Source of the DNA: Promethearchaeota archaeon
GTDB lineage: Archaea > Asgardarchaeota > Lokiarchaeia > Sigyniarchaeales > SOKP01
Assembly: GCA_029838195.1 (NCBI GenBank)
Contig: JALGVJ010000046.1
Span: 1 to 25,378, forward strand
Reading direction: 5' to 3'
Length of the DNA: 25,378 bases
The position numbers and the translations under genes were made by a program. Positions within the stretch are counted from its first letter, which is position 1. Each line of letters starts with the position of its first letter. The notes under the pieces were generated by a model, which saw only the letters and a list, made by a program, of their open reading frames with translations, made no database searches and was not told where the DNA came from. This document shows, in pieces, positions 7,914 through 18,190 of this stretch.

Positions 7914-10247
7914 TTAAATTTTCCCATAACAATATCTATTGATGATATCATCCTGCACGGCTTTGGGAAGATCAATAAATCGAGCACTATACCCCGAAAC
8001 TCTTACCATAAGATCCTTGTAGTTTTGAGGATTTACTTGGGCATCTTTCAGAGTTTTTAAAGAAATAGCATTAAATTGAAGATGGGAGCCCTTTAATTTA
8101 ACGTAACTCTTGAGAAGGGATTCAAATATCTTTCCGTTTTCAATTTTTGTAATTTCCGGATTAATGTTTAAGGTACATGCCACGCCATTTGTTAGTTTGG
8201 AATGATCAAATTTAGTAATGCTTTTAATGGCAGACGTTAATCCTTTCTCGCCGGTATGCCCGGGGGCAATGTCTCTATTCAATGGTTCTCCTTTTTTCCT
8301 CCCAGACGGTAGAGCCCCGGTAAAAATGCCAAAACCGATATGGGTCGTCATGGCATGAATGCCAATGCGATAATCTCCTCCACGAGAGCATTTCAATCCT
8401 TTTACAGAATTCGCCAAGATGTTCATCAATTTTTGAGCATATTTATCCGCTCTATCATCATCTTCTCCGTATTTGGGGCATTTGTATTTTAAATATTGCT
8501 GTAAATCCTTGTGTCCTCGGAAATTCCTTTTTAATGCTTCTATTAATTCCATTAACGACACCCGTTTTTCTTTAAATACGGCCCATTCAATGGCGGCGAG
8601 AGAGTCAATGACATCAGAAAAACCGGTAACATGAATCCCCGAAAAATTATATTTAGCCACGCCTTCACTTACATCCATTCCCTTTTCAAAAGCCCCATCA
8701 ATGCATAAAGACATTAGGGGGGTAGGTTTTAGAACACGATGTCCTTGTTGATAGGCATTTGCGGCCATGACTGCCATTTCTACGATAATTCTTAAGGCTG
8801 CTTCATAGGCTTTAAGGATATCATCCATGGAAGCATAGTGGTTGGGGTCAAAATTTAATTTTACATGTTTACTAACGATAGTTGTATCGGTATTCAATGC
8901 AAGCTCAAGAGCTTTTGGCATGCTTAAAAAAATAGCTCCCGTATTGTCATAGGAAGTGCCCGAGGTTGAAAGCCCCACGCACCCCACTATTCCATAGTTT
9001 CTGGCTTCTTGGAGAGGAATTCCGCAATTCATCAAGCTCTTGAAGATCAAATCATCATTGTATAAACCGATTACATTTTTTTCTTTGGAAAGAATTTTTC
9101 CAATAGCGTTCAAGAGCTCGTGAGGTGAATTTTCGTGCAATCGCACAACCAAATTAGGCGAGGGCACGGCAGCTTCATCTATGGCTTGCAAAAAGAGGTA
9201 TGTTAAGGGATTCGTCGCGTCATTTCCCTCTTCATCCACGCCTCCGACTAATATGTTCTGCGTCGTTGCCATTCCGCCAAAATAACTAGTAGCAACAGAA
9301 TCATAAAGTGCAATGATTTCATTAGTTTTTAGAAGCAAGTTCTTGATTAAGCGTAAAGCAGAATCGGCATTTCCATCATAGTACGAATATAAATATTGAT
9401 CTATGCGACCAAACGAGATGCCATGCTCAAAATTTTCGATATGGAGCGCCATGTGGAGGAACCAAATGAGTTGAAGGGCTTCATGGAAGGTTTGAGGGGG
9501 CTTTTTCGAAAGGTTTTCACATGCTTGAGCGATTTGCAGTAATTCCGATTTGCGGGTAGAGTTCGTTTCTTCTTTAGCCATTGATGCTGCCTTTTCTGCG
9601 TAGCGTTTTGAATAATCACATAATGCTTGACAAACACATTTAACCGATTTGTAAAAAGCAATTTTTTTATCCGAATTAGGATCTTTTATTGCATTCCGTT
9701 CTGAAATTAGATTTATGATTTTTTCATTAGCAAGTTCAATATATTTTTTTAATCCTACTTTTAATAAGCGAGGATAATTAATTACCGCGTGAGCGATTCC
9801 TCCTAATTCCGTAGCGATAAAGGCACAGCCACTATATTGAATATCGAAGATTTTAGAAGGTACCAGTTCACTAGCATAGGTATCTATTCTAAAATTTTCG
9901 TAAAAGGGAACCAAGTCTTTTTTAATCACGTCAATATCATGTTCATTTACCAATATAGGATTAATTTTTCTACGTGGTAAGGTTTCTAATTCTTTTAATA
10001 TTCTGAAACCACTTCCCTCGAAGCGAGGTATAGCAACCGGCACCTGGAAGTCGAAGGTTCCCACGATCAATTCATCGGGGCGAATGACGACAGGTAAATT
10101 TTCTAAAGTTAATTTTAACCCTTCGGCTTGATTAATAATCATGGGTCTGCCTAAAGCATTAATCAATGCTTTTTTATAATTAATCGGAACAGTAAGAGAT
10201 AATATAGGGGTACCTCTAATCATATCATCTAGCGTTTTAACTATCAT
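7914..10247 (-). CDS. Glycyl radical enzyme (PFL2/PflD-like superfamily), substrate unknown
   Basis: 777 aa with IRPDELIVG, TFHEALQ, GRIDQY, GG.D..G.DATN, Cys-loop IVGCVG (Cys423) and Gly-radical motif LMVRVSGYSA (Gly752). Adjacent to an activase. Confidence 0.95.
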   Translation of the reverse strand: MIVKTLDDMIRGTPILSLTVPINYKKALINALGRPMIINQAEGLKLTLENLPVVIRPDELIVGTFDFQVPVAIPRFEGSGFRILKELETLPRRKINPILVNEHDIDVIKKDLVPFYENFRIDTYASELVPSKIFDIQYSGCAFIATELGGIAHAVINYPRLLKVGLKKYIELANEKIINLISERNAIKDPNSDKKIAFYKSVKCVCQALCDYSKRYAEKAASMAKEETNSTRKSELLQIAQACENLSKKPPQTFHEALQLIWFLHMALHIENFEHGISFGRIDQYLYSYYDGNADSALRLIKNLLLKTNEIIALYDSVATSYFGGMATTQNILVGGVDEEGNDATNPLTYLFLQAIDEAAVPSPNLVVRLHENSPHELLNAIGKILSKEKNVIGLYNDDLIFKSLMNCGIPLQEARNYGIVGCVGLSTSGTSYDNTGAIFLSMPKALELALNTDTTIVSKHVKLNFDPNHYASMDDILKAYEAALRIIVEMAVMAANAYQQGHRVLKPTPLMSLCIDGAFEKGMDVSEGVAKYNFSGIHVTGFSDVIDSLAAIEWAVFKEKRVSLMELIEALKRNFRGHKDLQQYLKYKCPKYGEDDDRADKYAQKLMNILANSVKGLKCSRGGDYRIGIHAMTTHIGFGIFTGALPSGRKKGEPLNRDIAPGHTGEKGLTSAIKSITKFDHSKLTNGVACTLNINPEITKIENGKIFESLLKSYVKLKGSHLQFNAISLKTLKDAQVNPQNYKDLMVRVSGYSARFIDLPKAVQDDIINRYCYGKI

Positions 10248-10355
10248 GATTATATTCTTACAATCTTTTCATGAAAATTATAGGTAATATTATTTGGGAA
10301 AAAAGATAAATCCTTTTCTTATGAGATTAAATGTCGTGGTTTTAAATCCTCATGA

Positions 10356-10763
10356 TCATGGGAGGCAGATACCCGGGGCCATCAGGGCTCTTAAAAATTT
10401 GTCCCATATTTTGAAATAAGGTGGGATTTTATTTACTAAATGCAAGAGTTCGTTTATTTTTGATTTGAGAGTGATTTCTGAAATACCATGTACACCGATA
10501 TATTGATTTGGTAAGCGATAAATTAAGAAATTTTGGATTTCAGAAATTGGATTGACTTTTATAAAATCAGCATGAGTATACACATCAGCGCCTGCGCTAC
10601 ATTTAAAAGAGTATCTAATATTATAATGTCTAATAAATACTTGCCACACTTAAAAAACATCCTTCATTAATCCGAGAAATGCATTATTATTAGCAAGGTC
10701 ATCCGCGAATTTTTGACAAGATAAATATAATTTCAGAGCATGAGGCATGAAAATTCTTCTCAT
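10356..10763 (-). pseudogene. Possible pseudogene: 136-codon frame interrupted by one in-frame TAA (10650-10652)
   Basis: ATG at 10763 reads MRRIFMPHALKLYLSCQKFADDLANNNAFLGLMKDVF*, then continues in frame into the 97-aa ORF VWQVFIRHYN...GICLP*. No family recognised. Confidence 0.4.
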
Positions 10764-11000
10764 TTTAACTTTTTAGTACGTAAATTTAGATTTAATAAAA
10801 TAAGATAAAAATTCCATGTAATAACTTAAATTATTACCTCAAAAATTATAATTTTATTTTTCTTTTATTATCAATGAATGCAATCCAATTTAATAAAAAG
10901 TTTCTTTATTAACTTTGGAAGAAAATAATAGATATTAAATAATCCTTTTATTATAAAAATTAGAGAAGAAAAAAAAAAGACGAGGAAAGGAAAATAAATA

Positions 11001-13931
11001 ATGTCCAAAAAGGGAAGAAAATCGGGAAAAGATAAAGATAAAAAACAAATCACTCTATTTTCTTTTACAGAAGGTTCTAAAGAAGATTTGAAGACTTCAA
11101 GAGGAAAAACACCATCAACACGTAAACCAAGTGTTAAACCTGTAAAAAAACCCGGGATTAAAAAAGCAAAGAGAGCGCAACCAAAAGAAACGGAGATGGT
11201 AAAAGGGGCGAAAGAAAAACCTAAAAAAAGGATTCCCATCCCGGACGATTTCATATTTAAAGGAAATGATACTCCTTTTGGATTAAAAGAGGGAAATATC
11301 AAGCTTTCCGAAGTGAAAAGAGAATCCATGAGCTCGAAATATATCCGGTATTTAATCGAGCGGAATGAAATCGTTTCTGATTTAGAACGCGGTTTATTAT
11401 TAGATGTAGACTATGATGGAGGGCAGAATAAGGCATATTGTAAATTTTATGATTTAGATACGGATGAAATTAAAATTTGGATTGATACCACGAATCACCA
11501 ACCTTATTGCTTGAGTAAATTATCTCAATCCGAATTAGAACAAAATATTAAATTAACGAATTATCCCGGCTTTGATAGAATTGAAAAAGTAAAGAAAATT
11601 GATTTATTAAGAGATACAGAAATTGAAATGTCTAAAATTTATGGAATAACACCATTAGATATTGGAGGGTCAGGAAGGGAAAATATCCGCCAAATTATAG
11701 GAACTAATCATGCTTGGGAAGCAGATATTAGATATCATCTTAATTATATATATGATACGGGTTTGATTCCGGGGTTAATATATACAATTAAAAATGGGAA
11801 GTTAAAAAAACTTGGTCTTGATTTGGAAAAAGCGAAGGAGTCTGAACATATTGTAAAGGAATTAAATAACATTTTCAAGTTTGACCGGGAAGAAATCCAG
11901 CGATTTTCTGAAAAATATTTAGATATTTTCCTTACTCCCATTCCAGACGTAATAAGAATGGCCATGGATATAGAGGTGAACATGGATCCAAATAATGTAG
12001 TAATCCCCGATCCTACATTAGCAAAGCAAAAAATAATAAGCATATCGTTCGCGGCAAATGATGGGTTAAAATTAGTGTACATGTTGGAACGAGAAGGATG
12101 GAATTATCAACCCGTTCATGATAAATTTCCAAAAGATGCTAAAATCATTTTTTTTACGGAAGAAAAGGATTTAATCACGGAGACTTTTCGCCTGATGTGG
12201 CAATATCCCATTATTATTACATTTAACGGAGACAATTTTGATTTTAATTATCTCTATCATCGAGCAAATAAATTAAAGATTGATAAGGATTTGAATCCCA
12301 TTCAAGTGAAACGAGGGTTTGGTTTTTTATCCAAGGCGGAATGTGATCTACGAAAGGGAATTCACCTTGATATTTTCAATTTCTTTTTTAATAGGTCAAT
12401 TTCGGGATATGCATTTGGAGGAGCATATGATTCCGCTTCGTTAAATGCCATTTCTGCGGCATTATTAGGAAGAGAAAAATATAAACATGAAGAAGAAATC
12501 CATGATATGGAATATGGAACTCTTGCCTGGTATAACTTAAAAGATTCCATTTTAACCTTAGAATTAACTCAATTTAATAGTAATCTTGTCTGGAATCTCA
12601 TCATTCTGCTCTGTCGAATCACTAAAATGCCCATTCATGAAATGATAAGGAGACAAATTTCCACGTGGATTCAAAATATCCTCTATTTCGAACACCGGAG
12701 AAATGATTTCTTGATACCTCGCCATTCAGAAATATCAGAAGTAAAACCTGGCGGGTATTCGAAAGCAACAATTGAAGGAAAAACATTCCAAGGGGCTTAT
12801 GTGGTCACGCCCGTTCCCGGAATCCATTATAATGTGGTAGTGATGGATTTTGCAAGCCTCTATCCTTCCATAATTAAAGAATATAATCTCTCTTATGAAA
12901 CGGTTCAATGCCCTCACGAAGATTGTAAAGATAATTTAATTAAAGGCATTCCATATCATGTTTGCACGCATAAATTGGGAATTTTTGCTTATATCGTGGG
13001 GTTTTTTAGAGATATTCGCGTGAAATATTTTAAACCAAAATCAGCAGATAACTCCTTATCAGAGGAAATAAGGAGTTATTTTACGACCATTCAACAAGCA
13101 TTAAAAGTTTTTATTAATGGCTCGTATGGCGTTTTTGGAAGTAAAAATTTTCCTTTATTTTGCTTGCCAGTTGCAGAGAGCACGACAGGCATAGGCCAAT
13201 ATTCCATAAAAGCAACTATAAAGAAAGCGGAAGAATTAGGTGTGAAGGTCCTCTATGGGGATACAGATTCTGTATTCTTACTTAATCCTTCAGAAGAACA
13301 ATTAGAACAACTTGCCCAATGGAGTAAAAAAGAATTAGATCTCGATTTAGAAGTAGAAAAAAAATACCAATTTCTTGCTCTTTCAGAGAGAAAGAAAAAT
13401 TACATAGGAATACACGAAAATTCAAGACACGTAGATTTAAAAGGTTTAGTGGCGAAAAAGAGCAACACGCCGGAGTTTATTAAAAAGGTTTTTAATGAAT
13501 TAATCGAAATCTTAAAAAATATAAGGAACGAAGAGGAATTTCAAAAAGCAAAAAAAGAAATCATTAAGATTATCAGGACTAATTTGAAAAAAATTGGGAA
13601 ACCAGATGCGTTTACCTTGGAAGATTATGCCATTAATATTGGACTTCAAAAAAGCTTAAATAAATATGATAAAGTAATTCCGCAACATGTACGAGCTGCG
13701 TTAGAATTGAAGAAAATCACGGGAAAAGAATATCAAAAAGGAGACGTGATCCCCATAATTAAATCTAAGGGAGTAGAAGGAGCAAAAGCTTTAGAATTAG
13801 CGAAGTTACAAGATATTGATATTAAAGGATATAAAAAGTTATTACAGTCTGCATTGGAACAAGTATTAGATGCTTTAGGAATTAACTGGGAAGAAATTCG
13901 AGGTGTAAAGAAAATGGATTCATTTTTTTAA
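11001..13931 (+). CDS. polB1: Family B DNA polymerase, archaeal PolB1 type
   Basis: ExoI MAMDIEV, ExoII FNGDNFD, ExoIII YNLKD, and Pol motifs DFASLYPS, QQALKVFINGSYG, YGDTDS. N-domain LLDVDYDG...KAYCKFYD...D.TNH.PY resembles crenarchaeal/thaumarchaeal PolB1. Confidence 0.95.
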   Translation: MSKKGRKSGKDKDKKQITLFSFTEGSKEDLKTSRGKTPSTRKPSVKPVKKPGIKKAKRAQPKETEMVKGAKEKPKKRIPIPDDFIFKGNDTPFGLKEGNIKLSEVKRESMSSKYIRYLIERNEIVSDLERGLLLDVDYDGGQNKAYCKFYDLDTDEIKIWIDTTNHQPYCLSKLSQSELEQNIKLTNYPGFDRIEKVKKIDLLRDTEIEMSKIYGITPLDIGGSGRENIRQIIGTNHAWEADIRYHLNYIYDTGLIPGLIYTIKNGKLKKLGLDLEKAKESEHIVKELNNIFKFDREEIQRFSEKYLDIFLTPIPDVIRMAMDIEVNMDPNNVVIPDPTLAKQKIISISFAANDGLKLVYMLEREGWNYQPVHDKFPKDAKIIFFTEEKDLITETFRLMWQYPIIITFNGDNFDFNYLYHRANKLKIDKDLNPIQVKRGFGFLSKAECDLRKGIHLDIFNFFFNRSISGYAFGGAYDSASLNAISAALLGREKYKHEEEIHDMEYGTLAWYNLKDSILTLELTQFNSNLVWNLIILLCRITKMPIHEMIRRQISTWIQNILYFEHRRNDFLIPRHSEISEVKPGGYSKATIEGKTFQGAYVVTPVPGIHYNVVVMDFASLYPSIIKEYNLSYETVQCPHEDCKDNLIKGIPYHVCTHKLGIFAYIVGFFRDIRVKYFKPKSADNSLSEEIRSYFTTIQQALKVFINGSYGVFGSKNFPLFCLPVAESTTGIGQYSIKATIKKAEELGVKVLYGDTDSVFLLNPSEEQLEQLAQWSKKELDLDLEVEKKYQFLALSERKKNYIGIHENSRHVDLKGLVAKKSNTPEFIKKVFNELIEILKNIRNEEEFQKAKKEIIKIIRTNLKKIGKPDAFTLEDYAINIGLQKSLNKYDKVIPQHVRAALELKKITGKEYQKGDVIPIIKSKGVEGAKALELAKLQDIDIKGYKKLLQSALEQVLDALGINWEEIRGVKKMDSFF

Positions 13932-14055
13932 AAAATAAGGTATAGCGATAAAAAAATAAATTTTAACAAATATATCAAAATTACTAAAAATTATTTAGAT
14001 AGGGCATATTTATTAACGTATTCTATTTTTTAAAAATCTTAAATTAGGATATAAT

Positions 14056-15396
14056 ATGAACGTGGATGATAAAGCCGATTTTATGAATTCAAGTCAATTT
14101 AACCTTGAAATGAGCTTGGAGGAAAAATTAAGAAAGTATAATATTAATCCAAGAGCAGCATTTTTTACGATTTTTTTATGCATTATCATAGATATTTTAG
14201 GATATTCGATGATCTTACCTCTTTTACCCATTGTAGCTACGCAAACGTTTGGAGCCTCTAGTTTTCTCGTGGGAATCATGATTGCTTCTAATGCTTTAGC
14301 CACTTTCATTTTTGCTCCATTATGGGGACGATTATCGGATAAAGTAGGACGTCGAGGTCCGTTATTACTTTCTCAATTCGGTACCTTTGCAGCCTTTCTA
14401 ATTCTCGGTTTCTCTAATTCAATCTCAAATATCTTCCTTTCAAGAGTGCTAGATGGCATTTTTGGAGGTCAAATCCCCGTGATAAGAGCATTTGTCACTG
14501 ATATTACGGACGAAAAAACACGATCTTCTCAAATGGGACGGTTTGCCGCAGTTATGGCACTAGGAATGATTGTTGGGCCTAGTATCGGAGGGTTGGTTGG
14601 CTCTGTTAACTGGCGATACCCCGCATATATCGCTTCAGCACTCTCCATCATCTCAATCATATTAACTCTTCGATTTCTTATCGAGACCATGCCAAAAGAG
14701 AGGATCCAAGAAATAAAAAAAAGAAAAGAAATGAATGGAAAAACTAGTAAAAAACGCTTTTCTTACTTGAATCGGTTAGTAGTATTGCGATTAAATGAAC
14801 TTTTATTATTTGCAATTGCTTTTAACATGATTTTCTCTACATTTGCCTTGGTGCTAAATCTAAGGTATGGATTAGATATTGGAATGATAGGGATCTTTAC
14901 TACATTCGCCGGTTTTAACATGATCCTTTTTGGAGGGATTCTCATGAAACCTTTAACGAAAAGATTTGGTGAAAAAGTATTATTACTTTTCAGTTTAAGT
15001 ATAGCCTATGTTTGCTTCATAAGTTATCCCTTTCTCAATGAAGCATGGTTATTATTCGTCTATGTTATTCCTTTCATGTTCATGCAAATTGTATTGCGAA
15101 CAATAATTTTTACAAACTTAAGTAAGGGTGTTGAAGAAGATGAGCAAGGAGTTGTATCTGGATGGGCATCTAACATGTTTTCCATTTCGCAGATAATTTC
15201 ACCAATAATTGGGTACTGGTATTTAGATATTCAACAAGTAGAACTCGGAGGATATATTCTTGATGCTTATTTCTTGATGGCTCTTACCTGCACGTTAGCA
15301 ATTTGTATTCTGACGGTTTTGATTCTTTTTGATTTAAAAAACCATCCCGAGCATTTTCAGCAAGCAGATATCAAGCAAGTGTCCTTCGGAACTTGA
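14056..15396 (+). CDS. MFS transporter, TetA/DHA1-like
   Basis: 446 aa with about 12 hydrophobic segments, D.LGYSMILPLLP, motif A GRLSDKVGRR and motif C GMIVGPSIGG. Confidence 0.93.
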   Translation: MNVDDKADFMNSSQFNLEMSLEEKLRKYNINPRAAFFTIFLCIIIDILGYSMILPLLPIVATQTFGASSFLVGIMIASNALATFIFAPLWGRLSDKVGRRGPLLLSQFGTFAAFLILGFSNSISNIFLSRVLDGIFGGQIPVIRAFVTDITDEKTRSSQMGRFAAVMALGMIVGPSIGGLVGSVNWRYPAYIASALSIISIILTLRFLIETMPKERIQEIKKRKEMNGKTSKKRFSYLNRLVVLRLNELLLFAIAFNMIFSTFALVLNLRYGLDIGMIGIFTTFAGFNMILFGGILMKPLTKRFGEKVLLLFSLSIAYVCFISYPFLNEAWLLFVYVIPFMFMQIVLRTIIFTNLSKGVEEDEQGVVSGWASNMFSISQIISPIIGYWYLDIQQVELGGYILDAYFLMALTCTLAICILTVLILFDLKNHPEHFQQADIKQVSFGT

Positions 15397-15739
15397 ATTC
15401 CTCCAAATTTATATTCATTAATAACATGTATATCATAAAATTCATACCCGTATTATTAAGATGCTATTATCATGAGTCATTATTTATCCATCATTTCTTT
15501 AGTGGATATTTGCAAGGGAGTCGAAAAAGTTTTCCAGCAAACTTCAGAAAGGTTCTTGAGGATATATTAAAAAAATGTTAGATTGACAATGAAAGATTTT
15601 AAAAATGAGAGGAAATTATTAATTCAAAAATACTCTTTAATGGGATTTAAAATGATTATTAATATTCTTATTCTATTATTGTTTTCCAATAAAATGTTCT
15701 AAAAGATTATATTTACATTAAAATATTTTCATAAGCGCC

Positions 15740-17959
15740 TTGAATAATAAAAAAAAAGTTAAATTTAATGAAAAAGTTTGGACAATTTTTCAATTATCGA
15801 TAATATCTATTTATTTAATTAATTATCACTATAATTCTAAAATCTTAATTTTTAATATAATCCTTGGTATTACATGTGTTCTTTTTTTACCTGGCTACAA
15901 TATCTTATCACTTTTAAAGCCCAAAGAGGATATTATTTACAAAATAGGTATCACTTTTATTATAAGCCTTGCTTTTGAGAATATATTAATGATTTCTTTC
16001 TATTTAATAGATTATGATAAATATGCTCTTCCGATAGAGGGGGATTTTATAAGTTTTCAAATAAATCCTAATTTATTAGTTTATTCAATCCAAGCATTTA
16101 ATTTAGTATTTCTAATCTTAAATTATCTTTTTATTAATAGAGATATTAATTTTAAAAACAACCATAATGAATGTTTATTTAGAAATTTTAAAAAATTTAG
16201 AAATAATTTTAACATTAAATATATCTTAATCTTTATTTGTTATCTTATTTCAATAATTTTAGTGGGATTTTCAGTTTTAAATAGCAATAATTCCGTTAAT
16301 AGCTATAATACAAATAGGAGAGATTATCGTTCTAATTTAATGTTTTTTCTAAGAGTAAGCCCTTTTTTTTATATTTATATAAGTTTTGCCATTTTTTTTT
16401 TAATTATTTTGATTCTCAATAATTCAAACAAGTTTTTAATTTTATTATCAATTTCAATTTTTTTATATACTTTATGGATTTTACCATATTTACAAATTAA
16501 AAATTATTTTAATCATGACTCCTATTTTTTGTATTCTTTATATATCAATTATAAATTGACTGGAATTAATGGTGGAGAGGATTATGGTTTTTGTTTAATA
16601 CAATCGATTGGATCATTAAGATATTCGACTAATTTATTCAATGCAATTCTTATCACATCGACAATGAATATGGATATTAATTATACAATTTGGTTTTTAT
16701 TTCCAATTTTTTTTACTGGTCTTCCTTTCTTTTTCTATTCAATTTTCGAAAAATATGAAAAAATTGAAACCCAGAAAGGTAAAAAATTAATATTACTAAC
16801 TGTTCTCGCTATTAGTATACCTCAATTTTTAAAAGGAGGGCATAATGCAAATACAGGATTTTTAGCTATATTCACATTTTTCATTTTAACGTTAAATTTT
16901 CATGAAATACTTAGAAAGAATAAATTTAAAAGAGAGATTATTCTTATCTTAATACTATATTTTTTTCTATGTTTAACTCATTTCGAAGAATGTATTTATT
17001 TTTTAGTTTTAGTAGCCTTATTTAATTTTATTTATTTATTTATTGAACAAAAAAAAAATATGAAAATTACTCTAAATTCAAATCAAATTGCTTATATTAA
17101 ATTAAAAAATCATAAAAAAGGATTGAAAAAATTTAATTCTGAAAATAAAATTAAAAAAAAGTTTTTCATTTTAAATGGATTATTGGCAATTCTAATTCTT
17201 ATGTTTTATTGGTCTTTATTATTTTTTGGATATATAAATCATTATTATACTAAGGTCTTTGGGGGGTTTGAATTTATTAAATTATTATTAATTTTTCATA
17301 ATATTAAATTATCAATATTATTTTATCTCATATTTTTTTTAGCAAATTTTGTTTATCTTTCATATATTATTATTTTTAAAAAATTCATCAATGTTTTATC
17401 TCTAATTATCAAAACGGCCAATATTGTTAAAGGAATATTAAATAGATTTAATAATTTCTTTTATGGAAGATTTTTTAAAATAGTTTTTTTTCCAATATTT
17501 TATTTTATTTTACTTATCCTCAATTTAAATATTTTGTTTTCCTATAATAATGAGCCTATAGTAATAAGTTTGATATCTTTAATACTTTCATATATTCCTT
17601 TTTGCTATAATTTATTTTTATTCTTAAGAAAAATTAAATATATAAAATTAAACAATAATAAGCAAATGTTTTTTCTTACATCTATAATCTCATCAAGTTT
17701 AATTATAATTCTTTTCTCATTATTGTTTATTTTAGGTTTATTATTTCAAAAATTAATTTTGAATTTTTTATGGATGGGTTTTTATGTTTCTCAATACAGT
17801 TTTAGTTCAAGTTTTATATTTTTTAATCTATTAATAATTCAAGACAATTTCTTTAAAAATCATCCTAAGAAACATTTTAATGGAACTTATAAATTTTTAG
17901 TAGTGTCTTTTTTGGTATTAAGTGTCTTTTTCAGTCTCAGAACTCTGAGGTTTGGATAA
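15740..17959 (+). CDS. Large polytopic membrane protein, DUF1616/DUF2206-like (possible GT-C fold)
   Basis: 739-aa uninterrupted ORF in extremely AT-rich DNA, with many TM segments, N-terminal FLPGY motif, loop 'NHDS' and 'LCLTH' motif. TTG start uncertain. Confidence 0.65.
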   Translation: MNNKKKVKFNEKVWTIFQLSIISIYLINYHYNSKILIFNIILGITCVLFLPGYNILSLLKPKEDIIYKIGITFIISLAFENILMISFYLIDYDKYALPIEGDFISFQINPNLLVYSIQAFNLVFLILNYLFINRDINFKNNHNECLFRNFKKFRNNFNIKYILIFICYLISIILVGFSVLNSNNSVNSYNTNRRDYRSNLMFFLRVSPFFYIYISFAIFFLIILILNNSNKFLILLSISIFLYTLWILPYLQIKNYFNHDSYFLYSLYINYKLTGINGGEDYGFCLIQSIGSLRYSTNLFNAILITSTMNMDINYTIWFLFPIFFTGLPFFFYSIFEKYEKIETQKGKKLILLTVLAISIPQFLKGGHNANTGFLAIFTFFILTLNFHEILRKNKFKREIILILILYFFLCLTHFEECIYFLVLVALFNFIYLFIEQKKNMKITLNSNQIAYIKLKNHKKGLKKFNSENKIKKKFFILNGLLAILILMFYWSLLFFGYINHYYTKVFGGFEFIKLLLIFHNIKLSILFYLIFFLANFVYLSYIIIFKKFINVLSLIIKTANIVKGILNRFNNFFYGRFFKIVFFPIFYFILLILNLNILFSYNNEPIVISLISLILSYIPFCYNLFLFLRKIKYIKLNNNKQMFFLTSIISSSLIIILFSLLFILGLLFQKLILNFLWMGFYVSQYSFSSSFIFFNLLIIQDNFFKNHPKKHFNGTYKFLVVSFLVLSVFFSLRTLRFG

Positions 17960-18103
17960 TAATCATTAAAATGTAATTTAATTAATTTAGAGTATAAAAT
18001 TAACGATTTCTTTAATTTCATAGGGAGGGTTTACTTTTCAAATAATAAGAAAATAATTTAAAGAATTTTGATCTTGAAAATTAATCCTGTATTTGATTAA
18101 ACA

Positions 18104-18124
18104 AATAATAATAATAATAATAAT
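18104..18124. repeat. (AAT)7 simple sequence repeat between convergent genes
   Basis: Seven tandem AAT units read directly. Confidence 0.85.
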
Positions 18125-18190
18125 GAAAATTTTGTAAAACTAAGTTTAAATTTCTTAAAAAATAATTTTTTATTTTGCTAAAGGTAAGGT

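Noticed and set aside
10871-11329. 152-aa minus ORF opposite the polB1 start
   Set aside because: Antisense shadow of the A-rich low-complexity PolB1 tail.
15393-15581. 62-aa ORF after the MFS gene
   Set aside because: TTG start, short, no motifs; likely spurious.
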